64,000 nucleotides of DNA, taken from assembly GCA_002104905.1 (NCBI GenBank), contig MCFE01000166.1:82378-146377 (forward strand), read 5' to 3'. The translations under genes were made by a program, and so were the position numbers. The notes beneath the pieces were generated by a model that was not told the origin of the DNA, ran no database searches, and was given only the letters and a program-made list of their open reading frames with translations. The DNA comes from Basidiobolus meristosporus CBS 931.73. Lineage: Eukaryota > Fungi > Basidiobolomycota. This document shows, one piece after another, positions 37,507-51,740 of the stretch; the stretch's first letter is position 1; every line of letters starts with the position of its first letter.

Positions 37507-39140
37507 AAAGTCAACTGTGTATGTACCGATCTGGCTGAGGGATTGGTTAAGATTAGTAGCAGATGTTGTCTTAATGCTGGGTAGGGTCGACTGGAATTCA
37601 CTCCCTTTCTAAAGACCGTTGAAGGACTGGTGAGAGGATGAATTCCCTGATCGCCCTCAAGGCATTTATATTCTCAGGGACAATGTATGTAGTGATAAGC
37701 GCATCAATCCTATTGACCTCGCTCAGGTCGGATATTTTTCCAGGTTTCCACCGACTTTACCGCAACCAGCATCCGTAGATAAAATGGGAATATTTGCGGA
37801 AATCAGCATCAAATGGCCGCGAGAGATCCCTTTCGAATATGGCTAAAGAGACTGACCCCTGTGGATCGTAGAAAGAGAGCATGCAGCGCTCATGGAATCG
37901 CGGCTTGCTGTCGAGTCCCAACAATCCTCTACTGCGTAGGAAGTTGCTTTCACATAGCGTATAGTATAGTATAGTACAGTACAGCACAGTATGGTATGGT
38001 ACTGATTTGGAGGTTTCTTACGAAGCAGTATTGTCTCATTCCATGCTCTTTTACCGGGCAGTGACGTCCAGTGTTCCACCAGTGACTAGCCAAATGGGAA
38101 TATTCGCTCTGTAATCAACATGCCTAATGCAGTCGATAAAAATGGATGGATCTGCCTTCAATCAACACTTGGTTCTTTACGATCCGAGGTGGCCCAGCAA
38201 GGCAGGATGTGTCGGAGGGGATAGGTTCTCTACCCCAGCAGAGATGTGCCGGAAGGAACAGGCTCTCTAGTTCAACGGAAATACGCCGGGACAAATAGGA
38301 CCTCTACTTGAACCGATGGCTGTGGCCAGTGACGGCCGAGTTAGGCCACCATAGATTCCCAGGCTTCTCACAGACTGGATATTGCTCTTCACCGATCTTA
38401 AATGGTGGCAGAATTGATCACGTTTGGGGCCGGACTTGCTGCTTGTAGAACCACTGCGATCAGGTGGATGATGAGATTGATTGGGGGCGGATCATACCCA
38501 TCAAACTCAGATTAAAACTTAGCCCCCTTGCGCAATGGGAGCAGATACCGGAGTTGGCACCGTCAATGTGAAGCATTCAGCGAAGTTATTCACTCAGCTA
38601 CGATCAAAATGATGAATTCCAATGGTGCAAGATCTCTACCCCTAACCCTACCTGCTCGCCAATCCATTTCCTACCTGCCTCTGAGCTTGGGATCCGATAC
38701 ATGATCCAATGTTTGTGAACCATGCTTAAGAAATATTCGGCGGTGGACCATTAATCATTTGAAATCCCAATTTGTGAAGCCTTCATCTTGTTGATTCACC
38801 CATCTACCAATTGCTACCGTGCATGACCCCGGCCAATCACGTCCATGAATCTGAACAACGCACTACCACGCTGAAACTATAAAAGCTAGATCATTCCCTC
38901 CATTCAACATTTGATAAGACACTACTACCTTTTCAACCCTTCTGTCACTACGCTGGTGTATTTTGTAGATTTTATTTCGATTATCCGAGTGTATTCCCTA
39001 TTAGACCAATATTGAGGGAATATTACTTCTTGTGCTACACCACTAGTTTTCCCTTTTGCTCAGCCATTTTCTTGAGGGGAAATCCATAGTTGCTACACAA
39101 CCATTAAGCAGCGACCCTTCTACGTGTATATCCTTGAGAC

Positions 39141-41798
39141 ATGCCTCTAAGCCCTGAAAGCTCGGTGGATTCCACCAACGAGGAAGTCAATTCTTCCGAC
39201 GAATCTGATGAGGTACATGTTAATTTGACAATTGACTATGCCATAGGTTGAGCCAAAAGCTCAACACGGGGCTAGTCTGGTACTTTCTTAAACTTCGAGC
39301 GACCACGGCCACCGTCAAAAACGACCTGGCCGGTGCCCGGTTTTCACTGCTCCTTCCACGAATAACGTACCTGTGACAAAGCGCGGCTTCTAACGTAGTC
39401 ACTCTTCGGATAAAATTTCTAGTCCTCCTGTGTCATATGTGGCGGTGAAGACGGAAGCAAGAAGAACGCCATTGTATTTTGCGACGGTGAAGGTTTTTTT
39501 CATTTTTCATACAAGCCCTATGCAACGTCTATTCTCCGCAACCCAACTCTCGAACCCGTTGCAAATCCATTGCCTAATCGATTTTGTTTTTCCACTTTTC
39601 CATTTATGAATTGCCCTGTGTAACGTGAATAGGCTGCGATATTCCAGTCCATCAAAGTGAGTACGCATTTCATCGACGAATCGTCCTTGTGGACTAGTGA
39701 GTCGCGAGCGCATTTCTAATCGGTTCGATTTCCCTTGCATCAATCAATTCATGTGTAGAATGCTATGGGATTGATGTGGTGCCGCCCGGAAATCAAAAAT
39801 GGTTCTGCCAACGTTGCGCTGATAAAATACCCGTCGATCAAACGGTAAGTGAGTCCAAAGTCAGTATGATTGCAGCTATATATTTTGTGGTTACGACCCG
39901 TATTTATATCGACATCCGCTCCCAATCTGTAGATTCCGATCTGCTGCGACAAAACGGAAGGGGCATTCAAGAGAACCGACATCCCTGGGAGCTACATCCA
40001 TGTCCTCTGTGCCAAATGGAACCCATCGATTGATAAGTCGAAGGAGCCTTGGTCCGTGTCGTCGCTCTTGCAGGAATCCCAGGTAATTAGTGGATGTCGA
40101 TAGCTCGTAGGAGCCCAGCAAGCTAAGTCTTCGTTTCTGTAGGAATGCTACCTTTGTGAGAAATCATCCGGTATCTGTACTCAATGCAACTATTCCAAAA
40201 CACTGGAAAACGGATCTATACGCAAATGCAAGCGGTTGGTGCTTTATACTAAACAGTAGGTCGCAATATGACGTACTAATCACGGCACCGTTGACTGCCA
40301 GTTGGTTCCACGTAACCTGTGCTGTGGACGCCGAGATTCTGGTGCTTAATGGAAATCAAGGCAGTAGTAAGCTTGGTCTGATGTGTCGCGAGCACAAAGA
40401 GGAACATCAAAAGAATCGCCGCAACAACTTGAGGAAACGTAGCTCCATTTCAATTGTGACCCCCACCAAAAGAAGGCGGGTTGGTAATCAGACGGAGCAA
40501 GATAAGGAGGAAAGTGAATCGTCTGAGGAAGAGAATGTTGATGATGCCTGGCAAGATCAACAGGCGGCCAATGGAACAGTCAATCATGCATCCGGAGATG
40601 AATCCGAGAAATCAGACGCCGAGCTAGGCACCAATGGTAACAGCGATACAGAGGAAACCAAAGAAAAACCACGAAAGCCGTTTAGGAATACGCTACAGGA
40701 GATACTAAATGGAAAGCGCACCACTTCATCCAACTCCGCCTCCTCCTCCTCCCAGTCAGTAAACGGACACAAGCATAGACAACCCAAGACAACTCCGAAA
40801 GGTATTGCCCGAAATATGAAAGCCAACGATTCCGAAGAGGTATACATTTTGTACTTGAGGATCAGCCAGACCACGCCACTAACATCAATCACAAGCCGAG
40901 CGACAATCAGCCGAGCAGCACGCAAACGTCATCTGGGGCTGTATCCAAGCCATCGCAACAAACGAATCCCAAATCGAAGTCACCTACCAAAGAATCCGCA
41001 CTTCCACCACCAAGCGACTCGAATGGAACAGTAATTAAGAAAGAACCGTCAGAACCAGCACGAGTGAAACCAGCAAATCAAGAGGACCTGGAGCTATTGA
41101 CTTTCTGTGAAATGTATTTAGCCGATCAGCAGCCCCGACTAGCCACTCTAGAGAGCATATTGCACCGTACGTTGCTGCACCCACTTTCATACTCGTCAGA
41201 CCATGTATATCCTTACCCGCTCCTCTTGTTTCCAGGGATGAAGAATGGCAACACACCAAGCCGGCCAGAGCCCAAATCCTCCCCGGTCACAAAAAAAGAA
41301 CAGACGATGCAGCGTCCAAGATTCCCTGGGTTCACCCCCAGCGCGAACTCCTCCACCCAGACGCAGCCGGTCGAAAAGGCGGATCCCAAGCAGCCATCCC
41401 AAACGGAGCTGATGAAACAAGTGGAGGAGCTTCAACAGAAGCTGCAAGATACGGAGAACACGTTCGGCCGGTTCAAGTCCATTCAAACCAGCGAGACGCA
41501 TCGACTACGCACCGATTGCGAGCACCTATCGAAAGAGAATCATTTAATTAAGCAGCAATTGCAAGACATACGGAATGATTATCTGAAGTTGATGAACTCC
41601 TCTCGGAACCTGCGCAGCAATCTGGTCACGGTGTTCGAGTTCCTGAAGCTGCCCCACCAGAAAGGGCCGGTGGACTTGCAAACGGTCGACGACCGGGTTC
41701 GGGAGCTGGGGGACATCGTACGGAGAACGAACATCGATGAGAGAAAACGACGGGATGTGATCAGCAAAGTGCTGAAGGATGTAGATAATGCGAAATAA
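39141..41798 (+). CDS. PZP (PHD-Zn knuckle-ePHD) chromatin reader with acidic linker and C-terminal coiled coil (AF10/JADE/Nto1-like); multi-exon, boundaries approximate
   Basis: Spliced pieces CVICGGEDGSKKNAIVFCDG, CDIPVHQ, CYGI...WFCQRC, YIHVLCAKW, CYLCE...C, WFHVTCA; last exon 41064..41798 is coiled-coil-like. Confidence 0.75.
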
Positions 41799-42985
41799 AT
41801 CATCAAGTCATCTAATAGCAAATAGCGTATTCTTTGGGAGGGGAGGTGCCGGACAACGCGCAAGACCTCCCAATTCCACACCATTGCACTGCTCTCCACC
41901 CACCCTCCAACGTACCGTACTGTACCGTACCGAACCTCGCCAATGAGCTACTTCCACTGTGGACACCCAGTGGTACCGGTAGTCGATTTAGAGCCGGTGG
42001 CCAGTAATCCGAATAGCTCCTCGACCCTCCCCCACCCCTTTCTCTCACCAGCCCTCTCCCCCCTCGGCCGCAAATATTTCAATAGAATCTACACGTACAC
42101 GCACACCCACACCCATACCAAAACGCCATCTCCGTACCGCATCTATTTATCGCGATCCAGCGAAACGTCATCGCATGAAATCCAATCTAATCCAACCCGA
42201 TGTGTATATAAAAGTGGTAGGGGCCGAGGTTTCCTCCTACATCACGTTCACCACCCTATGCCAAGCCATGCCATGCTATGCCATGCCATCACGGGGATCT
42301 CATTGGTGGTGGGTGGGACCAAGGGAAGCCGACTTGACGTGGCTCATCAATGGACATCGACACCGGTGCCAACACCAACAACGGCATCGAGTTAAAGGCA
42401 GTGCCAGAGCGGGGACGGTAGCCGGTGTTGGTGTTGGTGCCGGAACCAAAAAAACCCCCCCCCATCCCTGACCCAATCCACCACGTGGCAGGGGCCCGTA
42501 CGGAAGGTGGGCGGGCTAGATCTAAGGTCAAGGATTTATTTCTCGTACGGGAAGTACCGGGGTTTTCGGTTACTGGCAAACATGGTCAAACAAAATCGAT
42601 GCGATGTGATTACCAAACTTCCAACGATCACACGTGTCTAATTCCATTCCCCCTGGTTAGGTGAGGGGAGGGGAGGGGAGGGAAGGGAAGTGAAGGGGAG
42701 GTGATTGGGTGGTGAGCATTGGAAGGGGTGGTGGTGGTGGTGAGGGTGAGGGTGAGGATGAAAGGTTTTGTTGGGATTTTCAGTCAATTAGTTGATTGCG
42801 ATAGTACATGGTTTTGTAGGGCGGCCCGGTGAAGATTTCAAGGGTATTGCCTCGTATGGCTTGTTGGGGGGTGAAAAACAACTGGATGACAAGATATACA
42901 CGAAGGTGGTCAAGTAGGGTGCTCTCCTGGGTGGAGATGTTGAGTGGGGGGTGGGGAGGGGGGAGTGAGGGGTAGGCACGTCGCC

Positions 42986-44246
42986 CTATTTGGGGAAATA
43001 GGATGCGGTGGTCACCAGCAGGTTCAGAGAGTCCTTGGGTGTTTTGAAGATGTCCTCGTCTTGGCAGGGACTCTGCACCGAATGGATCTCCAATGAGCTG
43101 GTCAGCGGTGGGCCAGGGGGTGGTGAGTTCTCCAATGGCGAGTAGCGTGGGGTGACGGGAGTGTTTGGCCTGGGGCTGCTCAGCATCATGATCGTCTCGG
43201 CCGCCTCGAATGCCGGGGAGGTTGACCGGGACCGAAGCGGGGATGGGTTGGCCAGGCTTTCCGACACCTTGTCGAAACCGGGCGCAACCGACGGGGAGAA
43301 ATCGGGCTTCAAGGGAATGTATTGCGCATCGAGCACGGCGGGATTGCGTGGAAGCAGGGGACGGGGCGGTGTGATGAATTCGAATGGGTTGGTGCCGAAG
43401 GCGTCCCCCGGGATCGACCTACCGAAAGGGTTGAAGTTCTCCTTCTCCACCTCCTCGCGAGTGGATTTGGGGGAGAACTTGACCAGGGATCCCTTTAGAG
43501 CCTTACGATTCAATTTGCAACCCAAATTGGACCCCACCTGACCCTTGGAATACTGAATGTTGGTGCTGGAGTTGAATGTGGGTCTTGGCGTCAGAGGTCT
43601 GCTGGGCTTCACTTCCCCAGAAGGTTTGCGTTTGTGTCCGGCAGAGACGGGCGTCTTGGGGACCACGAACTCGGTCACCTGCTTGGGGGCGGGAGGAAGG
43701 TCTCGCGAGGGCTCCGCCAGCGCGGGATTGGTGGTTCGTTGATAGAGTTGCTGTACCTCCTCGAAGGACCGATCCTCCCAGCCGTACTTTACTTTGAACG
43801 TAGCGTAGGTGAGACGTGTTTTGAGCATCCGAAGGTACTGGTTGACGTAATGTCCAAAGTACACCAACCGCGGCCGCCGCGAAAAGAAACCAGGTCAAGT
43901 CCGAATAAAAGGGGAGGAAAGACGATTAGAAGGGTTCATCTTGGCAAAAGGGGGAGGAAGAACCGGGACGGGTGACACGTGGGGCTACGTGGAACGCCGT
44001 ACCAAGCGATGTGGGTGGGGACTTGGTAAGGTCCCCGATGGTTTTCCCCGAACACCCCGGGCTCAACCCAATGCTATTGCTATTTACCTTCATAGTGTTG
44101 GCTCTTTCGAGCACCTTGTGTCTTGCCGCGGCCTGACCAGACTCCGGGCTGGGAGCGGCGGTGGAGGTGGAGGTGGAGGTGGCCAAAGGAATTCTAGTGG
44201 TGGTAGAGTGGGCTTCGGAGTCGAGAAGATTTTGAATGGAAAACAT
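42986..44246 (-). CDS. Whi5/Nrm1-motif cell-cycle transcriptional repressor-like protein; 5' splicing unresolved
   Basis: LKTRLTYATFKVKYGWEDRSFEEV matches the Whi5 (GTB) motif; many S/T-P sites; upstream ORF 43926..44246 is the likely first exon. Confidence 0.72.
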
Positions 44247-45375
44247 CGGGAGTTGTTGGAAGGTGAGGGAACGCAGGTTTATTTCTGGTCACTTCGGCAG
44301 AGAATTATGGTTACAACCGGAGGAAGATATGTGGCAGGGCGAAGGAGTAGAGGGAAGACAGGGGTGGGGTGGGACTAAAGAACCGTTTTATCACCTATCC
44401 TGGATACCATCACTCCAGTTGAATGGCTACTGGATGGTTCCAAAGGGCTTGAATAGGATCAGGATCTTTCTTTCAGCCAATATATGCGAGTCGAGATGGG
44501 CAAAAGAATTTTTTTAGTTGGACTTCTCTCTTTTGAGTTATTTCTTATAACCAATCCATTGAAGAAATCAATATCCAATCTCTTATCGTATTGGGCCTAT
44601 TTAGTTACACCAGTAGCCCCAAATAAGACGCGCGTGCCATGCGCGAGGCAAGGATCTCTTGTCATGCTCAGCCGGCGACGGTGCGTAGGTTGTAAGATAG
44701 GAGGGAGCGGGTTGTAAGCGAATGTGTACAAGACCAAGGGTCGCTTCAATGACTCCACTTGGCTACCGATTTGATCCAATGGAGGTCTGGAGGAGTAGGT
44801 ATTATGTAGATCGTTGATTTATAAACAAACCGAGTGATTAAGTCGACTTGGTGAGGATGCTGGCATATCTCGAATCAATCCCGCCGAAATCGTCTCCCCT
44901 AACCCTAGCCCTAGCTCCTCCCAGTCCCGTCGTGCACGCGACGTGAAATCCCCTCGGTGTTATTTCTGGTAAATATGCAACCACGGCACCCATGTAAACG
45001 AAGTCAACCATAACACTGCGTGGACCAATGGCCGATCACTTTCGTCAGATCGAAATCACCGCTGACATCGCAAATGACCTCACCGTCCCGGACCACCAGG
45101 TCCGGAACCAGTCCAGTCCCGTACTTAACGCTGATTGGAGTTGTTTAATGAATTATCTTATTGATGGTTAATATGAATCTTGGGCTATCTGATGGAGCAT
45201 GATGTAGCAGAGGAGGGAGGTTGGCTTGTGGCGTAGAAAGTGACCAGAAGCCGGGTCAATCAGGAGAATGTAGCTGGCTGGATAGTCGAGCGAGGTCGGA
45301 TGTGTGGTATCATCAAGATACCTTGGCTGGCGACTGGAGCTGCGTAACGACGTCACATTTAGAGTTCGGCTCCTG

Positions 45376-46415
45376 TTACAAAATCTGGCATTTACTCTTC
45401 TTCTTTTCTTTACCGTTGACCGTGTTGGATCTGCGGTCCCCCTCCTTCGAAGCTCTGATCATCTTGACCACAGAATAGAACGCCTTCTCAACATTGACTG
45501 CTGTCTTGGCTGAGCTTTCGATGAACTCGCATCCCAAGCGCCTTGCCAGAGCAATGCCGTCCTCTTTGGGGACTTCTCGCTCGCTCGTCTTGTCACACTT
45601 GTTCCCTACAATCATCGTGGCGACTTTGTCGGTGTCTTTCACACGAACAATCTGGTCTCGAAACCGCTCGATCCTTTCAAACGTGGAGCGAGAGGTGATT
45701 GAATAGACCAAGAGGAATCCTTCGCCATCCCTAAACAATGCAGGCGGGGTTAGAAAGGACGGGAGTCGGGGGCGAAGGACCCGTGTTGAACATAGGCACC
45801 AACCGAATCCACTGGTCACGAAGCGCCGTATATTCCTCTTTGGGACGGGTGTTGCGATAACAAAGGGAGAAGCAGCGGTCAACTCGATGTACAGGTCTAT
45901 TCTTGTGATGGGGTGCGACTCACCTTGACCAGCTGTATCAAGCACTTCGAGCATGCAGGATTGGTCATCGATCACCGCCTGTTTACGGTAAGAGTCTTCG
46001 ATGGTGGGGTCATACGTCTTGGAGGTTTGGGTTACAATTGTATTCTGGTAAGGTCTATGAGTGTTGACTAACCTCTGCGTGGATTCAGGTAAAGAGCGCA
46101 TCAACAGAAGGCATGAAAGGTGAGCGAGGGAAGGGGCGAGATAAGTGAAATCAGCTCGATAGTTACCAACGAAATGATTCAAACAAAGCTTAGTAAGGTG
46201 GAGAAATAGGAGACAGGGTTAGCTAGTGGTACAGCTGGCCAGCGAGGCGTTAAACTTACCTGAATAGTAAGCGCAGTCTGGCACATTCAGGAGAAGTAAG
46301 GTAGTGTGGGTGGAAGTCAGGAAAAGTAAGTACGTTGTGGACCAACTGCCTTTGGGAGACGCTTTACCTTGCCAACTCCACCATCACCCAAGACCACAAT
46401 TTTGTAAAGAAGCAT
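45376..46415 (-). CDS. RAS2: Ras small GTPase (fungal Ras2-like), 6 exons
   Basis: MLLYKIVVLGDGGVGK / TALTIQ / LCLNHFV / YDPTIEDSYRKQ / DTAGQ / NKCD / SAK; CAAX box CQIL. Confidence 0.9.
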
Positions 46416-46849
46416 GTCCGCTGAATGGTTATCGCCTAACGACGGGGCTACACAGGACAAAGGGGTGGAAGCTGTGGGGGGGGGAAACAAGAAACTGTGT
46501 CGACACGCACGGATAATGGAAGCACTTTCAATACAAAGAACGAACAGTTTTGGAATAAGATGAGGTGTGGGGAGATGTGGAGCAGGTGAGGGGGGGGGCG
46601 AATAAGGTGAGGCTTAAGGTGATTGAGAGTCAATATAACCAGCACACAATGACCGGAAATTAGGAATTCAATGGTGATTCAACAATGCTTCAATCTAACC
46701 ATTTTTGCCACCGCAAAGTCTCAGTCTGAACAAAGACCAAATCCCATTGTTTCTGATGCCAGAAATCGACAAACATACATACCGGCACGAGGGTAGGTTT
46801 TAAGTGTTTATTACGAATGAATCCAATGGTCAACAAATCCGTGGAATGT

Positions 46850-47632
46850 CTAGTAATTGGTCTTCTTTTCTTGAGCCTTGCTCAAGTAGTCCGAGAACTC
46901 TTGGTAAGGAGCGACTGAGAACTCGGTTTCGGTCCACAAGTCGGGAGTCAAGAAAGTGTAGGTATGGCCAATGGCGGCAAAGGTGGCCTTGACGAAGTTA
47001 CCCAAAGTACGGGTGGAACCACGAGCGGTGGTGTAACAATCGGTGATACCAGCCAACTGCAAAACCTTCTTGGGGGTAGGGGCAGCAACGATGCCAGTAC
47101 CACGAGGAGCAGGAACAAGACGAGTGACGGTGGAGCCGCACTTGCCGGTGACCTTGGCGGGGACGGTATGGGGCATACCAAGGGAAGATCCCCAGTAACC
47201 TCTACGGACAGGGATGATGCTGAGCTTGGCAAGGACAATGGCACCACGGATGGCGGTGGCTACTTCCTTGGCGCACTTGACACCGAGACCAACATGGCCA
47301 TTGGAGTCACCAATGAGAACGAAAGCCTTGAATCTAGTTCTTTGACCGGCAGTGGTTTGCTTTTGGACAGGCATGATCTTGATGACTTCATCCTTCAAAG
47401 TGGGAAGGAAGTAGTCGATGATCTGATACTCCTTGACGGGAAGAGAGAAAAGATAGATTTGCTCGAGGGACTTGATCTTACCATCCTTCACGAGACGGCC
47501 AAGCTTGGTCACGGGAACCCATTCTTTTTCTTCGTCCTTGCGGCCACCGCGACGGCCACGTCCGCGACCACCACGTCCACCACGTCCAAAACCACCACGT
47601 CCACGACTATCGGCCGGTGCAGAGTCAGCCAT
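46850..47632 (-). CDS. RPS2: 40S ribosomal protein S2 (uS5)
   Basis: RGG-rich N-terminus, [30 protein letters not shown]; intronless CDS; probable 5'-UTR intron near 47636-47705. Confidence 0.97.
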   Translation of the reverse strand: MADSAPADSRGRGGFGRGGRGGRGRGRRGGRKDEEKEWVPVTKLGRLVKDGKIKSLEQIYLFSLPVKEYQIIDYFLPTLKDEVIKIMPVQKQTTAGQRTRFKAFVLIGDSNGHVGLGVKCAKEVATAIRGAIVLAKLSIIPVRRGYWGSSLGMPHTVPAKVTGKCGSTVTRLVPAPRGTGIVAAPTPKKVLQLAGITDCYTTARGSTRTLGNFVKATFAAIGHTYTFLTPDLWTETEFSVAPYQEFSDYLSKAQEKKTNY

Positions 47633-48641
47633 TTGCTAATATGAAGACATGAATACCCAATTCGATGGATGCAAAGAGAGAGAAAAATCGGATTCACCAC
47701 TTACATAATCTATTGTCTTAGATATAACCCTGAGGGAAAAATTAGGGAGAAGAAGGAGACTCTTGGCATATAAACAGTATCCTTTAAACCGGATGGCGAA
47801 AATTTTGTGAAGGATGTACCAATCAGTGGATCCGATTTTTTTTTCTTGCCCGATCCATCTGCTGTTGAAATGACCTTACGCTAATCAACAACTAGGGGAG
47901 TTAGACTAGAAGTAAAGCACATCTACAACGGGAGTTAAACTAGAAGCAGAGCTCACCAGCCTCGAGCCACTCAGTGCCCTCCAAAATGCCTTTCTCTGCT
48001 ATTCTCCGCTTGGTTTGTTGTCAGCACATGCTGAGTGAAACTGTTGCGTATCGGGGGCTGATCTCATTTAGACGAATGTTCGATAAAGTAGTGGGTTGAG
48101 GATAACCAGCCTGCCTAAGGGATGGCTTAGACGACCTGAAGGGGTGCCATTTCTGAATCCTTGATTTAGCGATTCTTCCTATTTAAAGTAAATATAATTA
48201 ATAGTTGTGTGGCATTGGACGCCATCAATTGGTTGTTGTTTCAACCACAATATCCAATGGTAACTCAAATGGGGAAGGTTTCGAATGTAGCTTCTGATTA
48301 GACCCCAAGGAGAGGAGGGCGACGCAATATACCGAAGAAGCAACTGTGCATGAGCAGGTGTAGCTGGTGCCATTCGAATGGGTTGAAAGGGAGGATGTTT
48401 ATTCTTATCTCTCAAATCTTTAAAATAAATCGTTTAAATGGGAAGAAGGTAATTAGAAAAGGAAGCAGTGGCGAATATGATATTCCGCTGAAATGTCTTG
48501 CCAAAATATTAGTCATTATGCAAGAGTCTTTTTCAAGAAATCAATGGAATCGTCGTTTTATGTAAGATACAAGTAATCCCTGAGTGAGGCCCACGCTTAC
48601 CACCAATGGTGAGAGACAAGCAATCGGCCTGCCCAGACCGC

Positions 48642-49145
48642 TTATTGAAGATAGGCACAGAGTTCAGCATCCTTACCAGTGGCTCTGGTGTTCAGGATAA
48701 GTCCGACAATCAACCCGTAAAGACCCAGGACTTCGGCGAAAATGAGAATCAGAATCATACCGACGAAGAGACGAGGCTGCTGCGCAGTAGCACGCACACC
48801 TGCGTCACCAACAACCCCAATAGCAAAACCGGCCGCAAGTCCGGAAAGTCCTACTGAGAGTCCGGCCCCGAGATGGACAAACGCAGTGAAGAGCGACATC
48901 TTGGGTATGAGCGAGCCAGACACCAAGACGGCAACTACAAGCCCGTAAATGGCAATGATACCAGCCATGACAACTGGGACAATAGCCCTCATGACAAGGT
49001 CAGGACGGAGGACACCCATAGCGGAGAGACCGACACCAGACTTGGCGGTACCGTAGGCAGCACCGAAGCTGGCGAAGACGATGGCAGAAGCGCATCCCAT
49101 GGAACTGAAGAAGGGAGCATAGACTGGGCAGAATTGAGTGGCCAT
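48642..49145 (-). CDS. VMA3: V-ATPase V0 proteolipid subunit c, copy 1
   Basis: [32 protein letters not shown] with the conserved Glu; 167 aa. Confidence 0.96.
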   Translation of the reverse strand: MATQFCPVYAPFFSSMGCASAIVFASFGAAYGTAKSGVGLSAMGVLRPDLVMRAIVPVVMAGIIAIYGLVVAVLVSGSLIPKMSLFTAFVHLGAGLSVGLSGLAAGFAIGVVGDAGVRATAQQPRLFVGMILILIFAEVLGLYGLIVGLILNTRATGKDAELCAYLQ

Positions 49146-50106
49146 TTTGTTAAAGGAGAAGAGACTTGAGTGAGTCGAAGGGAAGAGGATGAAAGAGCAG
49201 AGAAATACAAAATCGAAATATAAATCCCTTAGATGAAGGTATCAAGTAGCAGGGAAGTGACGGAATCCCTTCATTTAAAAATCAATATTCACCTAACCCT
49301 CCGCCTCCATTACTTCATCATCAAGGCTGGTTGGCCAATGATTGGCTAATAACAAGCTTCTGAAAATTGGTGTTATTCTCACCAACCTCCTACATAATCG
49401 TACGTTAATCCCACATGTTGAATGGATCTCGGAAACAATAGAAACAATTCATACCTGGACCCCATCTTTTCATATTTGCCTGTTGCTGAACGAAATCGAA
49501 TCTTCCAAAATATTTAATACAATACGGAGTTTTTCCACATTTTACTGGTCGCACACGTCTACTAGAGTGGGCTGGATGGATTGGGAGTCTCTATCTGCCC
49601 ATGGCCCACTGCCATGGTTACACGTTGGTCTGTTTAAACAAAGTTTGCTGCAAACAATGTCAAGAGCCTTCAAACCAATCACTCGCCCACCAAGATGTGC
49701 GAAACAGCGTTGGGAGGCTTAGTGCATCCAATTTGGCTACGGGAGGCAAAGTCAGTAAATTTCCATATGCGACCACGCTCCCTGAAATCCCGGAAACTTC
49801 TACTCTACAACACTTTCCTATTGGTGGTAAAATAGGACTAAAATATTACTTGAGGTAATCGTTTATTATTCAAAGTCTCCCCTCCCAATCTACCTCCATT
49901 CCAGGCTGACATTGATCAATTCGATCACTTGTTCGTAAGGGAACAATTAGTTTAGCGAATGGTCGACAAAATAAGTGGTGTTAAATGCTAGGTTCGTACA
50001 GTAATGTGAAAAAGGCAGTTGGTATTATGCTTCTAAGAAATCTGGGAGGAGGTCGAGATCTTAACCTGATGGACTCAGAACTCAGCATCCGTCCTGTCCA
50101 GTCTGC

Positions 50107-50610
50107 TTATTGAAGATAGGCACAGAGTTCAGCATCCTTACCAGTGGCTCTGGTGTTCAGGATAAGTCCGACAATCAACCCGTAAAGACCCAGGACTTCG
50201 GCGAAAATGAGAATCAGAATCATACCAACGAAGAGACGAGGCTGTTGGGCAGTAGCACGCACACCTGCGTCACCAACAACCCCAATAGCAAAACCGGCCG
50301 CAAGTCCGGAAAGTCCCACTGAGAGTCCGGCCCCGAGATGAACGAACGCAGTGAAGAGCGACATCTTGGGTATGAGCGAGCCAGACACCAAGACGGCAAC
50401 TACAAGCCCGTAAATGGCAATGATACCAGCCATGACAACTGGGACAATAGCCCTCATGACAAGGTCAGGACGGAGGACACCCATAGCGGAGAGACCGACA
50501 CCAGACTTGGCGGTACCGTAGGCAGCACCGAAGCTGGCGAAGACGATGGCAGAAGCGCATCCCATGGAACTGAAGAAGGGAGCATAGACTGGGCAGAATT
50601 GAGTAGCCAT
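50107..50610 (-). CDS. VMA3: V-ATPase V0 proteolipid subunit c, copy 2 (identical protein)
   Basis: Same 167-aa protein; ATG at 50610. Confidence 0.96.
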   Translation of the reverse strand: MATQFCPVYAPFFSSMGCASAIVFASFGAAYGTAKSGVGLSAMGVLRPDLVMRAIVPVVMAGIIAIYGLVVAVLVSGSLIPKMSLFTAFVHLGAGLSVGLSGLAAGFAIGVVGDAGVRATAQQPRLFVGMILILIFAEVLGLYGLIVGLILNTRATGKDAELCAYLQ

Positions 50611-51529
50611 CTTATTTTGCAATGGGGAGAGAAAGGATGAAGGAAGGGATTGCTAAAGTGATCTATTTGAAGCAGCGAACGCAGCCCACAAATAACCAAA
50701 AGCCCACCCTACTTAGCAAGCAGGGTGAGAACGCATGATTGGTCAATAGCAACATGACGACCCGAGTTGAATAATTTTCGTTAGTGTAACTCGGATCAAA
50801 TAGAGCGGCTGGAAAGGAAAGCATCTAATGAAATACATAGAGCAGGCACCAACTTAGGAAATCCAGGTAATTTGACTAACAAGAGATCCATTTATTATGG
50901 GGATCACCAAGCTGGAAGACAGACCAAGCATGAGTAGCGATGCACTCGTGCTCGCATACACAGGTGGTTTTCTGTCTAGAATATGGAATCCCCCTAATTT
51001 TCGCTTACAGCGCCACATTCATGTACAGAAGTGGCGATGTGGAAAGAGTTGATCAGGGGTTTTACTTTGTTAGACTTTAGGTTGCCCAATCATCTAGTTT
51101 ACTCACACTACTGGTGCCAGGTGAGGTTCATTTCCACTTCTAGAATTGAAGTCGTATTCTTGACACCACAACAGCCGAACATTTGTACGACCCGGTTGCA
51201 GGTTTAATGTATACAGAGCAAGCTTGTGGAAAACTTTAAACGGAATAAAATTCTATTTTGTGGAATGCTCCAGGCATTGAACATTCTTTTCATGCCGAGT
51301 GCGTGGTCACCTTCCCCGAATAGGGGCTTGCTTGTTGTTGGTTGGTATGCTAACATCTACACCATACAGATATGAGTTTGCATCGCTGCCGAACGCATTT
51401 TCATACTCACCTTCACCAAGTGCTGTTGATGATACATGATTTATTCTCAATGATGCGATTTGTACTAGTGTGAACTGTGATTGAATTGAGCAGCAATCAA
51501 TCTCTGTTTACACGGTGACTACTTTGCGG

Positions 51530-51640
51530 TCACTAGTCAATCTTTAATCATATAATGTATCCAATCAATCCTTAATCATGTAATGCATCCACTAGTCAAT
51601 CTTTAATCACACAGTGCGCCCACTAATCAAGAAATAACCA
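51530..51640. repeat. Imperfect tandem repeat of about 30 bp (3-4 units)
   Basis: CACTAGTCAATCTTTAATCA occurs twice exactly, with variants between and after. Confidence 0.6.
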
Positions 51641-51740
51641 GTCACTAACCACATACTGTATGAGTAGATTTATTGGAAATTAAGTGGCTAAAAATACAAC
51701 CTTCCTTTCTTATTTACAGGGAACAAGGGAAGGAGATAGA

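Noticed and set aside
41940-42985. Several short ORFs and G-rich or purine-rich tracts between convergent genes
   Set aside because: Low-complexity intergenic or UTR sequence; the ORFs are overlapping, compositionally biased and lack motifs.
46964-47644. 226-aa plus-strand ORF
   Set aside because: Exact antisense shadow of RPS2; open because of codon bias, with no recognisable motifs.
51421-51495. Possible C/D snoRNA (TGCTG...CAGCA stem with TTGATGA and TTGA)
   Set aside because: Both boxes deviate from consensus and I could not identify an rRNA guide; an Infernal or snoscan hit would be needed.
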